Shown: piece by piece, positions 51,966 to 59,977 of the stretch
Numbering within the stretch: the stretch's first letter is position 1
Layout: each line of letters starts with the position of its first letter
From: Dehalococcoidia bacterium
GTDB lineage: Bacteria; Chloroflexota; Dehalococcoidia; GIF9; UBA5629
Assembly: GCA_016930155.1 (NCBI GenBank)
Contig: JAFGHL010000093.1
Location: 38,339 to 102,338 of the forward strand
Reading direction: 5' to 3'
Length of the DNA: 64,000 nt
Notes under the pieces: model-generated
What the model was told of the DNA's origin: nothing
Database searches by the model: none
What the model saw: the letters and a program-made list of their open reading frames with translations, nothing else
Translations under genes and position numbers: made by a program

Positions 51966-52154
51966 TTACTTCTTTCCGCAGGATTGGGCGCTGAACATTG
52001 TCAGCAATATCCCAAGCCCGAGCGCCGCAAGCGCCACCGGGCAGGGCAGCGGCCAGCCGAATAAAGGATTGGGAATTCCGGCAGCCATCAGAACGGCATC
52101 GAGTATGAGCAGGAAACCGGCGATGATCAGCAATATTTTACCAGCTTTAAACAT
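51966..52154 (-). CDS. Small hypothetical membrane protein (2 TM segments)
   Basis: 62-aa ORF ending 20 nt upstream of pfk on the same strand. A G-rich RBS-like GGGGGTG precedes the ATG. Confidence 0.45.
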   Translation of the reverse strand: MFKAGKILLIIAGFLLILDAVLMAAGIPNPLFGWPLPCPVALAALGLGILLTMFSAQSCGKK

Positions 52155-52304
52155 ACAGCACCCCCCATGTTGATTTGCCTTATCATTAGAGTATCACGTT
52201 GGAAATTCACAGTCCATATCAAAGGTTGTACAATCTAAATACGGGACTGAAAAATATGATAGCGTCAACGGTTTCAACAGTCATTAAAGCAAAGGAGGTG
52301 CGCT

Positions 52305-52721
52305 ATGTCAGGTAAATTTGCACTTACCCTCGGCGGATGGGTGCTTGGCCTTATCATTTCAGCCATAGTCATTGTCCTGGCCGCTGCATTGCTCGGCGGA
52401 TACCTGTGGGGCAACGGCAGCGGATATCAGTCAGGCTACGACCGGGGAAAAATCGATGGAGACAAGGCCGGTTTCACCAGGGGATACGAGAACGGGCAAA
52501 AAATCGGATATGACCTGGGATTCCAAGCCGGCGACAAAGCGGGATATGACAAGGGAAACAAGGCCGGCTATGACGAAGGCTATACCAAGGGCAAGGACCA
52601 GGGCTATCAGGAAGGAGAAACGACTGGATACAATAAGGGGCTGCGGGAAGGATACAATTCCTGCATAACACCCTATTATTACTATCCCTGGTACTTCAGA
52701 GGCGGGCCCTTTTATTATTGA
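52305..52721 (+). CDS. Membrane-anchored protein with 22 consecutive GX3 repeats and a Tyr/Pro-rich C-terminus
   Basis: N-terminal TM segment (LGGWVLGLIISAIVIVLAAALLGG), then Gly at every 4th residue from G32 to G116. AGGAGG RBS. Confidence 0.7.
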   Translation: MSGKFALTLGGWVLGLIISAIVIVLAAALLGGYLWGNGSGYQSGYDRGKIDGDKAGFTRGYENGQKIGYDLGFQAGDKAGYDKGNKAGYDEGYTKGKDQGYQEGETTGYNKGLREGYNSCITPYYYYPWYFRGGPFYY

Positions 52722-52757
52722 TGACGAAAGGATTTTGATATTCGGAAACGCGACGGG

Positions 52758-53495
52758 GTGTTGTCCAACAGGCTGCTGCTGGTCTGTATCATAGTCGCCC
52801 TGATCCTGCTGGCAGCAATAGCCGCGGCTACTGTTTTTTTTAAAGATGCGGCCGCTGTGCAGTGGATCTTCAGGGCTGCGGATATCGTTCTTCACATCGA
52901 TATTTACCTTGAGGCGCTTATTCAGCAGTATGGCCCTTTTGTCTATGGCCTGCTGTTCCTCGTCATATTCTGCGAGACAGGCCTGGTGGTTACGCCCTTC
53001 CTCCCCGGGGATTCGTTGCTTTTCGCGGTGGGCGGATTTGCAGCGCTCGGCGCGCTGAATTTATGGTTATTGATTCTGTTGATGTGGCTGGCCGCCGCGC
53101 TTGGTGACAGCTTCAATTACTTCATTGGCAACCGTATCGGTGAACAGGTCTATATCAGGGACTATAAATATATCAAGAGGGAATATATCGACCGGACTCA
53201 CGCTTTTTTTGAAAAATACGGCGGCTGGGCCATAGTGCTGGCCCGATTTGCACCGATCCTCCGAACTTTCACTCCTTTCGTGGCAGGCGTCGGCAAAATG
53301 AACTACCCCAGGTTCCTTTTCTACAATGTAACGGGCGGCCTGTTATGGGTAACGGTCTTTATATTGTGCGGCTACTTCTTCGGCAACCTGCCTTTCGTGC
53401 GAGATAACTTCTCCATTTTTATACTGGCCATAATCGTCGTCTCTCTGATCCCGGCGGCAGTTGAACTTTTCAAACACTGGAGGGCCAACCGCTGA
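52758..53495 (+). CDS. DedA/VTT-domain membrane protein with an extra N-terminal TM segment
   Basis: LHIDIYLEALIQQYGPFVYGLLFLVIFCETGLVVTPFLPGDSLLF closely follows E. coli DedA-family proteins. Confidence 0.85.
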   Translation: MLSNRLLLVCIIVALILLAAIAAATVFFKDAAAVQWIFRAADIVLHIDIYLEALIQQYGPFVYGLLFLVIFCETGLVVTPFLPGDSLLFAVGGFAALGALNLWLLILLMWLAAALGDSFNYFIGNRIGEQVYIRDYKYIKREYIDRTHAFFEKYGGWAIVLARFAPILRTFTPFVAGVGKMNYPRFLFYNVTGGLLWVTVFILCGYFFGNLPFVRDNFSIFILAIIVVSLIPAAVELFKHWRANR

Positions 53496-53587
53496 AGCCG
53501 CTCAAGTGGTACAAAGAGCTGTCGGCCCATAAAAGCAGGCTGGCAACGGGCGCATTTCTGCTGGAAGGTCCGCGCGCCGTCGACCAG

Positions 53588-54235
53588 GTGGTCGAAAGCA
53601 GTCCCGGCAGTATATTGGAGATACTGTACACAGGGGATCCGCCCTCCGGCTATGGTCGCTATGCGCTGCGATGTCTGACACCCGCCCAGATGAAATCCAT
53701 CAGTTCCACCGTCGTATCTCAGGGAATCACAGCGGTGGTACAGCTTCCGCCTGATACATATTCCGATAGGCTGCCCTTTGATGCCGGTAATAGAATCCTG
53801 CTGCTGGAGGATATACAGGATCCCGGCAACATGGGCACTCTTATCCGCACTGCGGCTGCTTTCGATTACTCGGGAATTATACTGACCGGGAAATGCGCCG
53901 ATCCCTTCTCTCCCAAGTGCATACAATCTACAGCGGGAACTGCCCTGTCTCTCTGGATCAGGAGGACATCTGCTTATCTCGACATCGTAGACGATCTGAG
54001 GAAGGGAGGATATATCCTGGCGGCGGCCGATCTGCGGGGAACGCAGGTACCTTCGATACTGAAAGAGCCTGACAGGCTGGTGCTTGCGCTGGGCAACGAG
54101 GCGGCGGGACTGTCAGAAGCGCTGCTCAAGAAGGCCTATTATAGAGTGCGAATACCCATAGCCGGTACGAAGGCGGAGTCCCTGAATGTCGCCGTCTGCG
54201 GCGCCATATGTATGTATTTAAGCAGCCTTGAATAA
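53588..54235 (+). CDS. TrmH/SpoU-family RNA 2'-O-methyltransferase (the true N-terminus probably lies upstream; see findings)
   Basis: LLLEDIQDPGNMGTLIRTAAAF, LALGNEAAGLS and ESLNVAVCGAICMY. Confidence 0.8.
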   Translation: MVESSPGSILEILYTGDPPSGYGRYALRCLTPAQMKSISSTVVSQGITAVVQLPPDTYSDRLPFDAGNRILLLEDIQDPGNMGTLIRTAAAFDYSGIILTGKCADPFSPKCIQSTAGTALSLWIRRTSAYLDIVDDLRKGGYILAAADLRGTQVPSILKEPDRLVLALGNEAAGLSEALLKKAYYRVRIPIAGTKAESLNVAVCGAICMYLSSLE

Positions 54236-54357
54236 CAGCCCTCAAAAAGACTAAGAGAACCTTTTACTACTTCTTCAACAGGTCGGCGATGATCATACGG
54301 CAATGAACTTCTCTGCCATCCTCTGTATCTGTTTGTTCGAAATATTCAGCCTCCACC

Positions 54358-54765
54358 TCAGGGTGTTTTTTGATGAAGGATTACGTAGAAAGGCATTTTC
54401 TTTTGTTTCCAGTACTGCGCCGAAGAATCGAATATTCGCTCCGCCGTCTGCGCTTCGGATGGGTTCTTTACGGCGAAAGATCGATGGTTTTTCAACAAAA
54501 TAACGTATCCCGCGGCCGGCCTCCACGACATGTCCGTCAGGCAGTCGCTGAACGCGTCCCAGTTCATGCCAAAATATGAAGGAAAGCCGAGTGCTGCAGC
54601 TGTCGTTTTGAGAAAGCCCCGTTTATCCTTCACCCCTTTTAAATCAACCTCCGCAAATTCCAGGCCACCGGCCCGGGCGGCATCGCGGATATCGGCGTCG
54701 GCAGCCGGAGCCAGGTAAACTCCCGAGTTCAAATACGTACTGAATATGACTTCCCAGTCTTCCAT
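54358..54765 (-). CDS. Barstar-family ribonuclease inhibitor (extended C-terminus)
   Basis: FLKTTAAALGFPSYFGMNWDAFSDCLTDMSW matches the barstar pattern (..fP.yfG.N.DAl.D.L.D). Lies 4 nt downstream of the RNase gene. Confidence 0.75.
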   Translation of the reverse strand: MEDWEVIFSTYLNSGVYLAPAADADIRDAARAGGLEFAEVDLKGVKDKRGFLKTTAAALGFPSYFGMNWDAFSDCLTDMSWRPAAGYVILLKNHRSFAVKNPSEAQTAERIFDSSAQYWKQKKMPFYVILHQKTP

Positions 54766-54768
54766 TCC

Positions 54769-55227
54769 TCACTCCTGTATCAGCTTGAATGATCTGTAGT
54801 GATCATCCGTATAATAGTATTCCCCGCTAACGCCCGCGACAATGCGTCGCGCGCCCCGGTCGTGCGAGCCCGGCGTGATAACCGTGTACTCGTGGTAGTA
54901 TCCGCCCGATTTGGCCGGCAGCAGCCCCTCGTAGTTGCTGAATACCGTGCCGTCCTTGGAATAGGGGAAGGGGCCCCCGCTCTTGATCAGCGCCAGCGTG
55001 GTCCTGCCTTCGGGAGGCAGGTCGGCGACGGAGATTACTTCTATACCGGTGGGTATATTATCCTGGTTTCCGGTTGCGGCAGTGGTTGCCTGCTCAAGGG
55101 GAGATGCGGGCTGTGCGCAGTTGAAAAGGGCATTGTTACCGCTTAATAAATTGAAGAGCAAGTAAGCCGCGGCAAGGACGGCCAGATAAAGAATGACCTG
55201 TTTCCAGGACGCTGGTTTGATCCCCAT
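54769..55227 (-). CDS. Secreted guanyl-specific ribonuclease of the RNase Sa/barnase (N1/T1) family
   Basis: N-terminal signal/anchor. GGPFPYSKDGTVFSNYEGLLPAKSGGYYHEYTVITPGSHDRGARRIV...YYTDDHYRSFKLI is near-collinear with RNase Sa, including the catalytic E (HEYTV), R and H (DHY). Confidence 0.85.
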   Translation of the reverse strand: MGIKPASWKQVILYLAVLAAAYLLFNLLSGNNALFNCAQPASPLEQATTAATGNQDNIPTGIEVISVADLPPEGRTTLALIKSGGPFPYSKDGTVFSNYEGLLPAKSGGYYHEYTVITPGSHDRGARRIVAGVSGEYYYTDDHYRSFKLIQE

Positions 55228-55298
55228 ACGGAAAGTATATTACAGATATAAATATTTCTGAAAGCGCGGCTTAGTTATTTAGATATCAGCTGTCTGAT

Positions 55299-55550
55299 TT
55301 ACTGGCCTTTCAGCAGGCTCTCCCATATCCTCACGATGGAATTAATGCGGTGCTCGTTCTGTTTGATATATTCCTCTACATCATCGCTCAGCCTCCACAG
55401 GGAGTATACAATCGCCGGAATCACCAGAAAGATCCCAACAAAGTGCAGAACGAACTTGTCATTGGCAAAACAATCATGAATAAAAAGCACCAGCATCACG
55501 AGCAATCCCAACGCCAGATAAATATTGCCCAACAATTTGAGTAACTTCAT
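55299..55550 (-). CDS. Small hypothetical membrane protein (2 TM segments plus a helical tail)
   Basis: 83-aa ORF with a perfect AGGAGG 5 nt (spacer GACGGC... read on the minus strand) upstream of the ATG. Lies upstream of the RNase gene on the same strand. Confidence 0.55.
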   Translation of the reverse strand: MKLLKLLGNIYLALGLLVMLVLFIHDCFANDKFVLHFVGIFLVIPAIVYSLWRLSDDVEEYIKQNEHRINSIVRIWESLLKGQ

Positions 55551-55732
55551 GCCGTCCTCCTCAGGATAGGGTGCTCGAATACCAACCCGGCAGCACTTCC
55601 GACAAATTCAGTATACTCCACTGTTTTTTTCTTTCCAAATCAAATATAAAATGGTCTCGCGGATACTCGTCAGGCCTGTGGTGGTCAACCATATCTGTTA
55701 CGGCAATCATCCATATAAAATGATATATTATT

Positions 55733-56020
55733 GTGAGCATGGGTGAAGAGATGGCGAGGACTTCGGATAGATATCCCGGTGTGGAATGGATCGGGGATAC
55801 GGGCGCCTTTATAACTATAGATGAAAATAGATGCACGGGATGTGGAAACTGTATAAAGGTTTGCCTGGGCCGCTGTTTCGAGATGGAAAAGAAGCTGGCC
55901 CGGATCAAAAGCCTGGCTGAATGCATGGAATGCGCTTCCTGCTGGTATGTCTGCGGGGAAGAGGCGATAAGTTTCCGCTGGCCTCCGGGCGGCACCGGAT
56001 ACAGGAGCGACTGGGGTTAG
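55733..56020 (+). CDS. FixX-like ferredoxin-like protein
   Basis: CTGCGNCIKVC and CMECASCWYVC, with the C-terminal FRWPPGGTGYRSDWG resembling the FixX tail (W.yP.GG.G..yr.G). Start uncertain (GTG 55733, ATG 55739 or ATG 55751). Confidence 0.7.
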   Translation: MSMGEEMARTSDRYPGVEWIGDTGAFITIDENRCTGCGNCIKVCLGRCFEMEKKLARIKSLAECMECASCWYVCGEEAISFRWPPGGTGYRSDWG

Positions 56021-56021
56021 G

Positions 56022-57710
56022 ATGACTCAACGGGAATACGATGTTATTGTAATCGGGGCGGGGTTTGGTGGACCCGTAGCGGCCAAAAAGTGTGCCGACG
56101 CCGGCCTGAGAACACTCATGCTGGAAAGGTCGGAGAACCCCGGGGAAAAAGTTATCTCCGGCCTCACCATTCCTATCTACGGCTTCTTATTCGGCCCCGC
56201 TTTCATACGGGACGGCAATCCGCCTGTGGAGAGGCCGGTGGACGGTATCAGGAACTACGTTATTTATGACGTGAAAAGCGGGGATATCGAGGTTCTCGAA
56301 CTGAGGATACCCCGGCCTCTTTCTCCCATCATCGCGTTCGGCTACAATGCGTACTGCAAGCCATTCTGCGCCTGGGAAGCGGAACAGGCCGTTAAAGCCG
56401 GGGCTGAACTGCTGACCAGCACTACTGCGGTGGACGTTATTAAAAACAACGGGCGTATCGCAGGTATTGTAACTGAAAGAGGTGAAGAGCTAAGGTCGAG
56501 TATTGTGATCAACTGCGAGGGATCGCAGGGCATACTGGCGATCAAGGCCGGTGTCAGAGATAAATATCCTCCCCGGACGATCTCACTGGCCGATACATAT
56601 GATTACGAGTGCCCCAAAGAGGTTATTGACAGCGTTTTTGGACACAGCCTGCGGTTCTGCTGGGGATTCGATGAGCAGAAGTTAGCTCCACCACTGGGCC
56701 ACGGCAACGGGCTGATGGCCTGGCCCTATAAGAACAGCATTCACTGGATGCAGGACCAGTGTCTGGCGCTGGATGACGGACAGGTGCCTAACCTGAGGCG
56801 GTTATTTGATGAGTACCACGAGAATATCACCACGCAGCTTCCCTGGTGGAGAGACGAGATAGCGCCCCGGGTCAGGTTGCGGGCCAGGATGTGGGAGGGA
56901 TTCGGAATATACGTCGGACTGGACGATAAGCTGCGCAACATACCAAACTATACCGACGGAATGATTCTTGCAGGAGATGTGGCCGGGCTGGAGAGCACAG
57001 GGCTGTGCGACGGGGTGCCGACCGCCTGGTTCTCGGCGGATATCGCCGCGGATACAGCCGTTGAGGCCATTAAGGCCAACGACACGTCAGCCGCCTTTCT
57101 GGAGAGATACAACCGCAGGATTCGAGCGCACGGCATTATCCAGTGGGCGATCACCTGTAACGGCAGGTGGAACCTGCGTAAAGCACAGGAAAGCCATGAC
57201 CGCAAGGACTTGAAGCGAAGGATCAATTACCAGTTCGGACCGGGAATTCTGACACATGCCGGCACTCCTCTTGTCAAGAGCATTTTGAATGCCATCAGAA
57301 TAGACCCCTTTGTATTAAAGAAATGGGCCAGGATGTTTCTGAGGTACTACTACAACTGGGCAAATGATTGCGCGAGCCCGGCTGCGCCGGCTGAGGATCA
57401 TAAAAAGAAGACAAACCTGAGTCTGGACCTGATAATTCTGGACGCTCTGATGATACTGTTCAGCCCGCTCAACTGGATACTGGCCTGCCTGCTGGGGCCA
57501 CTGTCCGGTGCGGTAAACCCCCTGATTAAATTCTTCCTCCCGGTGATCGAGATCGCATTACGTGCAGGCGTCAAAATGGAGCCGCTGTTTAAACCTCTAT
57601 CCCAGTGGACGATCGATTATGTTAAGCGGGCGGAGCCTGCGATGCTGATCAGCGGCTCTTCTGAACAGTCTCCAGGACAACCTCGTAAATCTCGAGCTTC
57701 TCTTTCTTGA
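56022..57710 (+). CDS. FixC/ETF-QO-like FAD-dependent oxidoreductase with a ~130-aa hydrophobic C-terminal extension
   Basis: YDVIVIGAGFGGPVAAKKCADAGL..LMLER FAD motif, and GDVAG. The C-terminus contains LSLDLIILDALMILFSPLNWILACLLGPL. Confidence 0.75.
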   Translation: MTQREYDVIVIGAGFGGPVAAKKCADAGLRTLMLERSENPGEKVISGLTIPIYGFLFGPAFIRDGNPPVERPVDGIRNYVIYDVKSGDIEVLELRIPRPLSPIIAFGYNAYCKPFCAWEAEQAVKAGAELLTSTTAVDVIKNNGRIAGIVTERGEELRSSIVINCEGSQGILAIKAGVRDKYPPRTISLADTYDYECPKEVIDSVFGHSLRFCWGFDEQKLAPPLGHGNGLMAWPYKNSIHWMQDQCLALDDGQVPNLRRLFDEYHENITTQLPWWRDEIAPRVRLRARMWEGFGIYVGLDDKLRNIPNYTDGMILAGDVAGLESTGLCDGVPTAWFSADIAADTAVEAIKANDTSAAFLERYNRRIRAHGIIQWAITCNGRWNLRKAQESHDRKDLKRRINYQFGPGILTHAGTPLVKSILNAIRIDPFVLKKWARMFLRYYYNWANDCASPAAPAEDHKKKTNLSLDLIILDALMILFSPLNWILACLLGPLSGAVNPLIKFFLPVIEIALRAGVKMEPLFKPLSQWTIDYVKRAEPAMLISGSSEQSPGQPRKSRASLS

Positions 57711-57828
57711 GCAGGTCTTCGATCTTCTTCTTGATGACCAGCGCCTTCTCCATAGACTTGCTTTGTTCCTCGTCCGGAAAAGTCGCCTGTACTTTGAGAT
57801 AAGCGGTATTTAACCGTGCGTGTGGCAT
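57649..57828 (-). CDS. Unlisted 59-aa K/E-rich hypothetical protein (MPHARLNTAYLKVQATFPDEEQSKSMEKALVIKKKIEDLLKKEKLEIYEVVLETVQKSR)
   Basis: My own translation. AAAGGAGGAAAG Shine-Dalgarno ends about 8 nt before the ATG at 57828-57826. Lies 41 nt downstream of the glpX stop on the same strand. One residue below the ORF-track cutoff. Confidence 0.5.
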   Translation of the reverse strand: MPHARLNTAYLKVQATFPDEEQSKSMEKALVIKKKIEDLLKKEKLEIYEVVLETVQKSR

Positions 57829-57869
57829 TTAAACTTTCCTCCTTTTGATCAGCACCGACTGAACATCTT

Positions 57870-58871
57870 TCAATGTACTTCAAAGAAACTGAGTTTGTCC
57901 AGTCGATCGAAGTTGTGCTGGGCGTCGATCCAGCGCACCGTGCCGGAGCGGCAGCGCATGGCAATGGACTGCGTCCGCGCCCCTCCGCTGAAATAGCGCA
58001 CCCCTTTGAGCAGTTCACCGCTGCTGATGCCGGTGGCGGCGAAAAAGACATCATCGCTGTCTATGAGGTCCTGCGTCTTATAAACCTTGTCGATATCTAT
58101 TCCGGCGGCCAGGGCCGCCTCTTTCTCACCGCTGTCGCGCATCCATGCCTTGCATTGAATGGCGCCCCCGATGCAGTGAATTGCGGCGGCCGAGAGAACC
58201 CCCTCAGGTGTGCCGCCGATGCCCATCAGGACATCGACCTCTCTCTCCGGCAGAGCCGCATCTATGCTGGCTGCGATATCGCCGTCGGTGATCAGTTTAA
58301 CCCTGGCGCCGGCGCTTCTGATCTCCGATATCAATCGCTCATGGCGCGGCCTGTCCAGTACTACAACAGTCAGCTCGGATATCTTCCTTCTCTTGGCGAC
58401 GGCAATGTTCTTCAGATTATTGGATACGGGCGCGTTTATATCAATGCAATCTTTAGCCTCGGGGCCGGTCACGATCTTATCCATATAAACGAATTGCCTG
58501 GGCCAGTGTATTGTGCCCCTGGCGGAAAGCGCCACGACGGCGATGGCGCCGGGCAGGCCCCTGGCAACCAGGTTGGTACCGTCCACAGGATCCACGGCGA
58601 TGTCCACCTTCAGACCCGACCCACCGCCTATATGCTCGCCTATGTACAGCATGGGAGCATGGTCCTTCTCCCCTTCCCCTATGATCACGATCCCGTCCAT
58701 ATGCACATAGCCCAGCACGTAACGCATGGCATTTACTGCGGTCGCATCGACAATCGTTTTATCGCCCCTGCCCAGGTAGCGCGCCGAAGCCAGGGCGGCG
58801 GCCTCGGTGACGCGCACCAGCTCCATAGCGATGTTGCGTTCGATCGGTATATTTGAATGCCCGGATTTCAT
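57870..58871 (-). CDS. glpX: Class II fructose-1,6-bisphosphatase (GlpX)
   Basis: LVRVTEAAALASARYLGRGDK, GEGEKDHAPMLYIGE, DPVDGT and GIGGTPEGVLSAAA. The ATG at 58871 has GGGGAGG 9 nt upstream and is preferred over GTG at 58880. Confidence 0.9.
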   Translation of the reverse strand: MKSGHSNIPIERNIAMELVRVTEAAALASARYLGRGDKTIVDATAVNAMRYVLGYVHMDGIVIIGEGEKDHAPMLYIGEHIGGGSGLKVDIAVDPVDGTNLVARGLPGAIAVVALSARGTIHWPRQFVYMDKIVTGPEAKDCIDINAPVSNNLKNIAVAKRRKISELTVVVLDRPRHERLISEIRSAGARVKLITDGDIAASIDAALPEREVDVLMGIGGTPEGVLSAAAIHCIGGAIQCKAWMRDSGEKEAALAAGIDIDKVYKTQDLIDSDDVFFAATGISSGELLKGVRYFSGGARTQSIAMRCRSGTVRWIDAQHNFDRLDKLSFFEVH

Positions 58872-59074
58872 ACTGCACAACCTCCCCTTCCAATAAGACT
58901 ATTACATTGTCCATGAGTTCGTCAATGCAATTTATGGTTCGGCGCCGGTGAGAGGCAAACGATATCGTGTTAAATTTGAAATTTTATGTTAAGTATCGTA
59001 TAATTTAATTACGGCTACAAGTTCAGAAAAGCTCTGCTTGCAAATATCGTCCGCGTTAGGGAAGGAGTAACTCC

Positions 59075-59353
59075 ATGGCATCCAATCAATTTGCAGATAT
59101 CAGCAAGGATCTGTTCAATCAGATCAAATTCATTGAAAGCAGAGTGAAGGACGATTCATTTAAAGACGCGGTCAAGCTGCTGGCGACTGCTGAAAAAACC
59201 TGTGAACATCTCGAGTCCCTGATGACACCGGACAACCAGTTACAAACACATATAATCAGTAACCGCCGGCTTGAGATAGGCTGGCTGCATGACAACATTC
59301 AACAGGGCCTGCAGAAGAAGAAAAAGCCGGCAAAGAAGCGCGCCTCTAAATAG
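59075..59353 (+). CDS. Hypothetical helical protein with a Lys-rich tail
   Basis: 92-aa ORF with a GAAGGAG RBS, followed by a clean terminator. Confidence 0.55.
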   Translation: MASNQFADISKDLFNQIKFIESRVKDDSFKDAVKLLATAEKTCEHLESLMTPDNQLQTHIISNRRLEIGWLHDNIQQGLQKKKKPAKKRASK

Positions 59354-59390
59354 AAAGCGGTACTTTTTAAAAACTCCATTTAACCAAGAA

Positions 59391-59434
59391 AGCACACACT
59401 GTCCCGGTCTTCGGCCCGTGTGTGCTCTTTTATT
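59391..59434 (+). terminator. Rho-independent terminator
   Basis: Stem AGCACACAC (59391-59399) pairs with GTGTGTGCT (59418-59426), followed by CTTTTATT. Confidence 0.7.
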
Positions 59435-59550
59435 GCCTGCCTGACATACATAATCCAAACTGGCCCCCGGATATCCGGTTTACCTGTTTCCTGCTCAAAC
59501 ACGATACAATAATAAAAGTTGAAATAGTATGGATAGAGGAGAAGCGTTAT

Positions 59551-59928
59551 ATGGAAAAGAAAGTCCACAATGTTGAAGGGCAGGCAAAAGCCGGCCCGTA
59601 TTCCCACGCGGTTGAGGCCGGCGGGTTTATCTTTGTGTCGGGCACGGGCCCCGTCGATCTCGAACGAAGCCTTTTCGAGCTTGAAGACGTGAAAAAAGCC
59701 ACCGTTATTACCCTCGATAACATACGTAGAATTCTAAAAACCGCCGGCAGCGACTTGGACAAAGTGGTCAAGGCCAACGTATATCTGCGCGACATGGCCG
59801 ATTTCAACCTGATGAACGAAGTTTACGCGACTTATTTCCCCGATAATCAGCCGGCCAGGACCTGCATCGCAGCCAAACAACTGCCCGCCAACATACCAGT
59901 CGAGATCGAGGTTATCGCCATCAAATAA
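59551..59928 (+). CDS. ridA: RidA/YjgF-family protein (second paralog)
   Basis: AGPYSHAVEAGGFIFVSG...ARTCIAAKQLP...IEVIAIK. The internal ATG at 59551 has a GAGGAG RBS. The upstream part of the listed ORF looks non-coding. Confidence 0.85.
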   Translation: MEKKVHNVEGQAKAGPYSHAVEAGGFIFVSGTGPVDLERSLFELEDVKKATVITLDNIRRILKTAGSDLDKVVKANVYLRDMADFNLMNEVYATYFPDNQPARTCIAAKQLPANIPVEIEVIAIK

Positions 59929-59977
59929 TCGCTTTTTAAACGACTACGCTTAATGGCCGAGAGCGCAACAGGGTGCT

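Noticed and set aside
54241-54330. A 29-codon minus-strand ORF (VEAEYFEQTDTEDGREVHCRMIIADLLKK) downstream of barstar.
   Set aside because: It has no RBS, is very short, has no recognisable family, and is not in frame with barstar.
57873-58856. A 327-aa plus-strand ORF.
   Set aside because: It is antisense to glpX. The translation is R/G/A-rich with no motifs.
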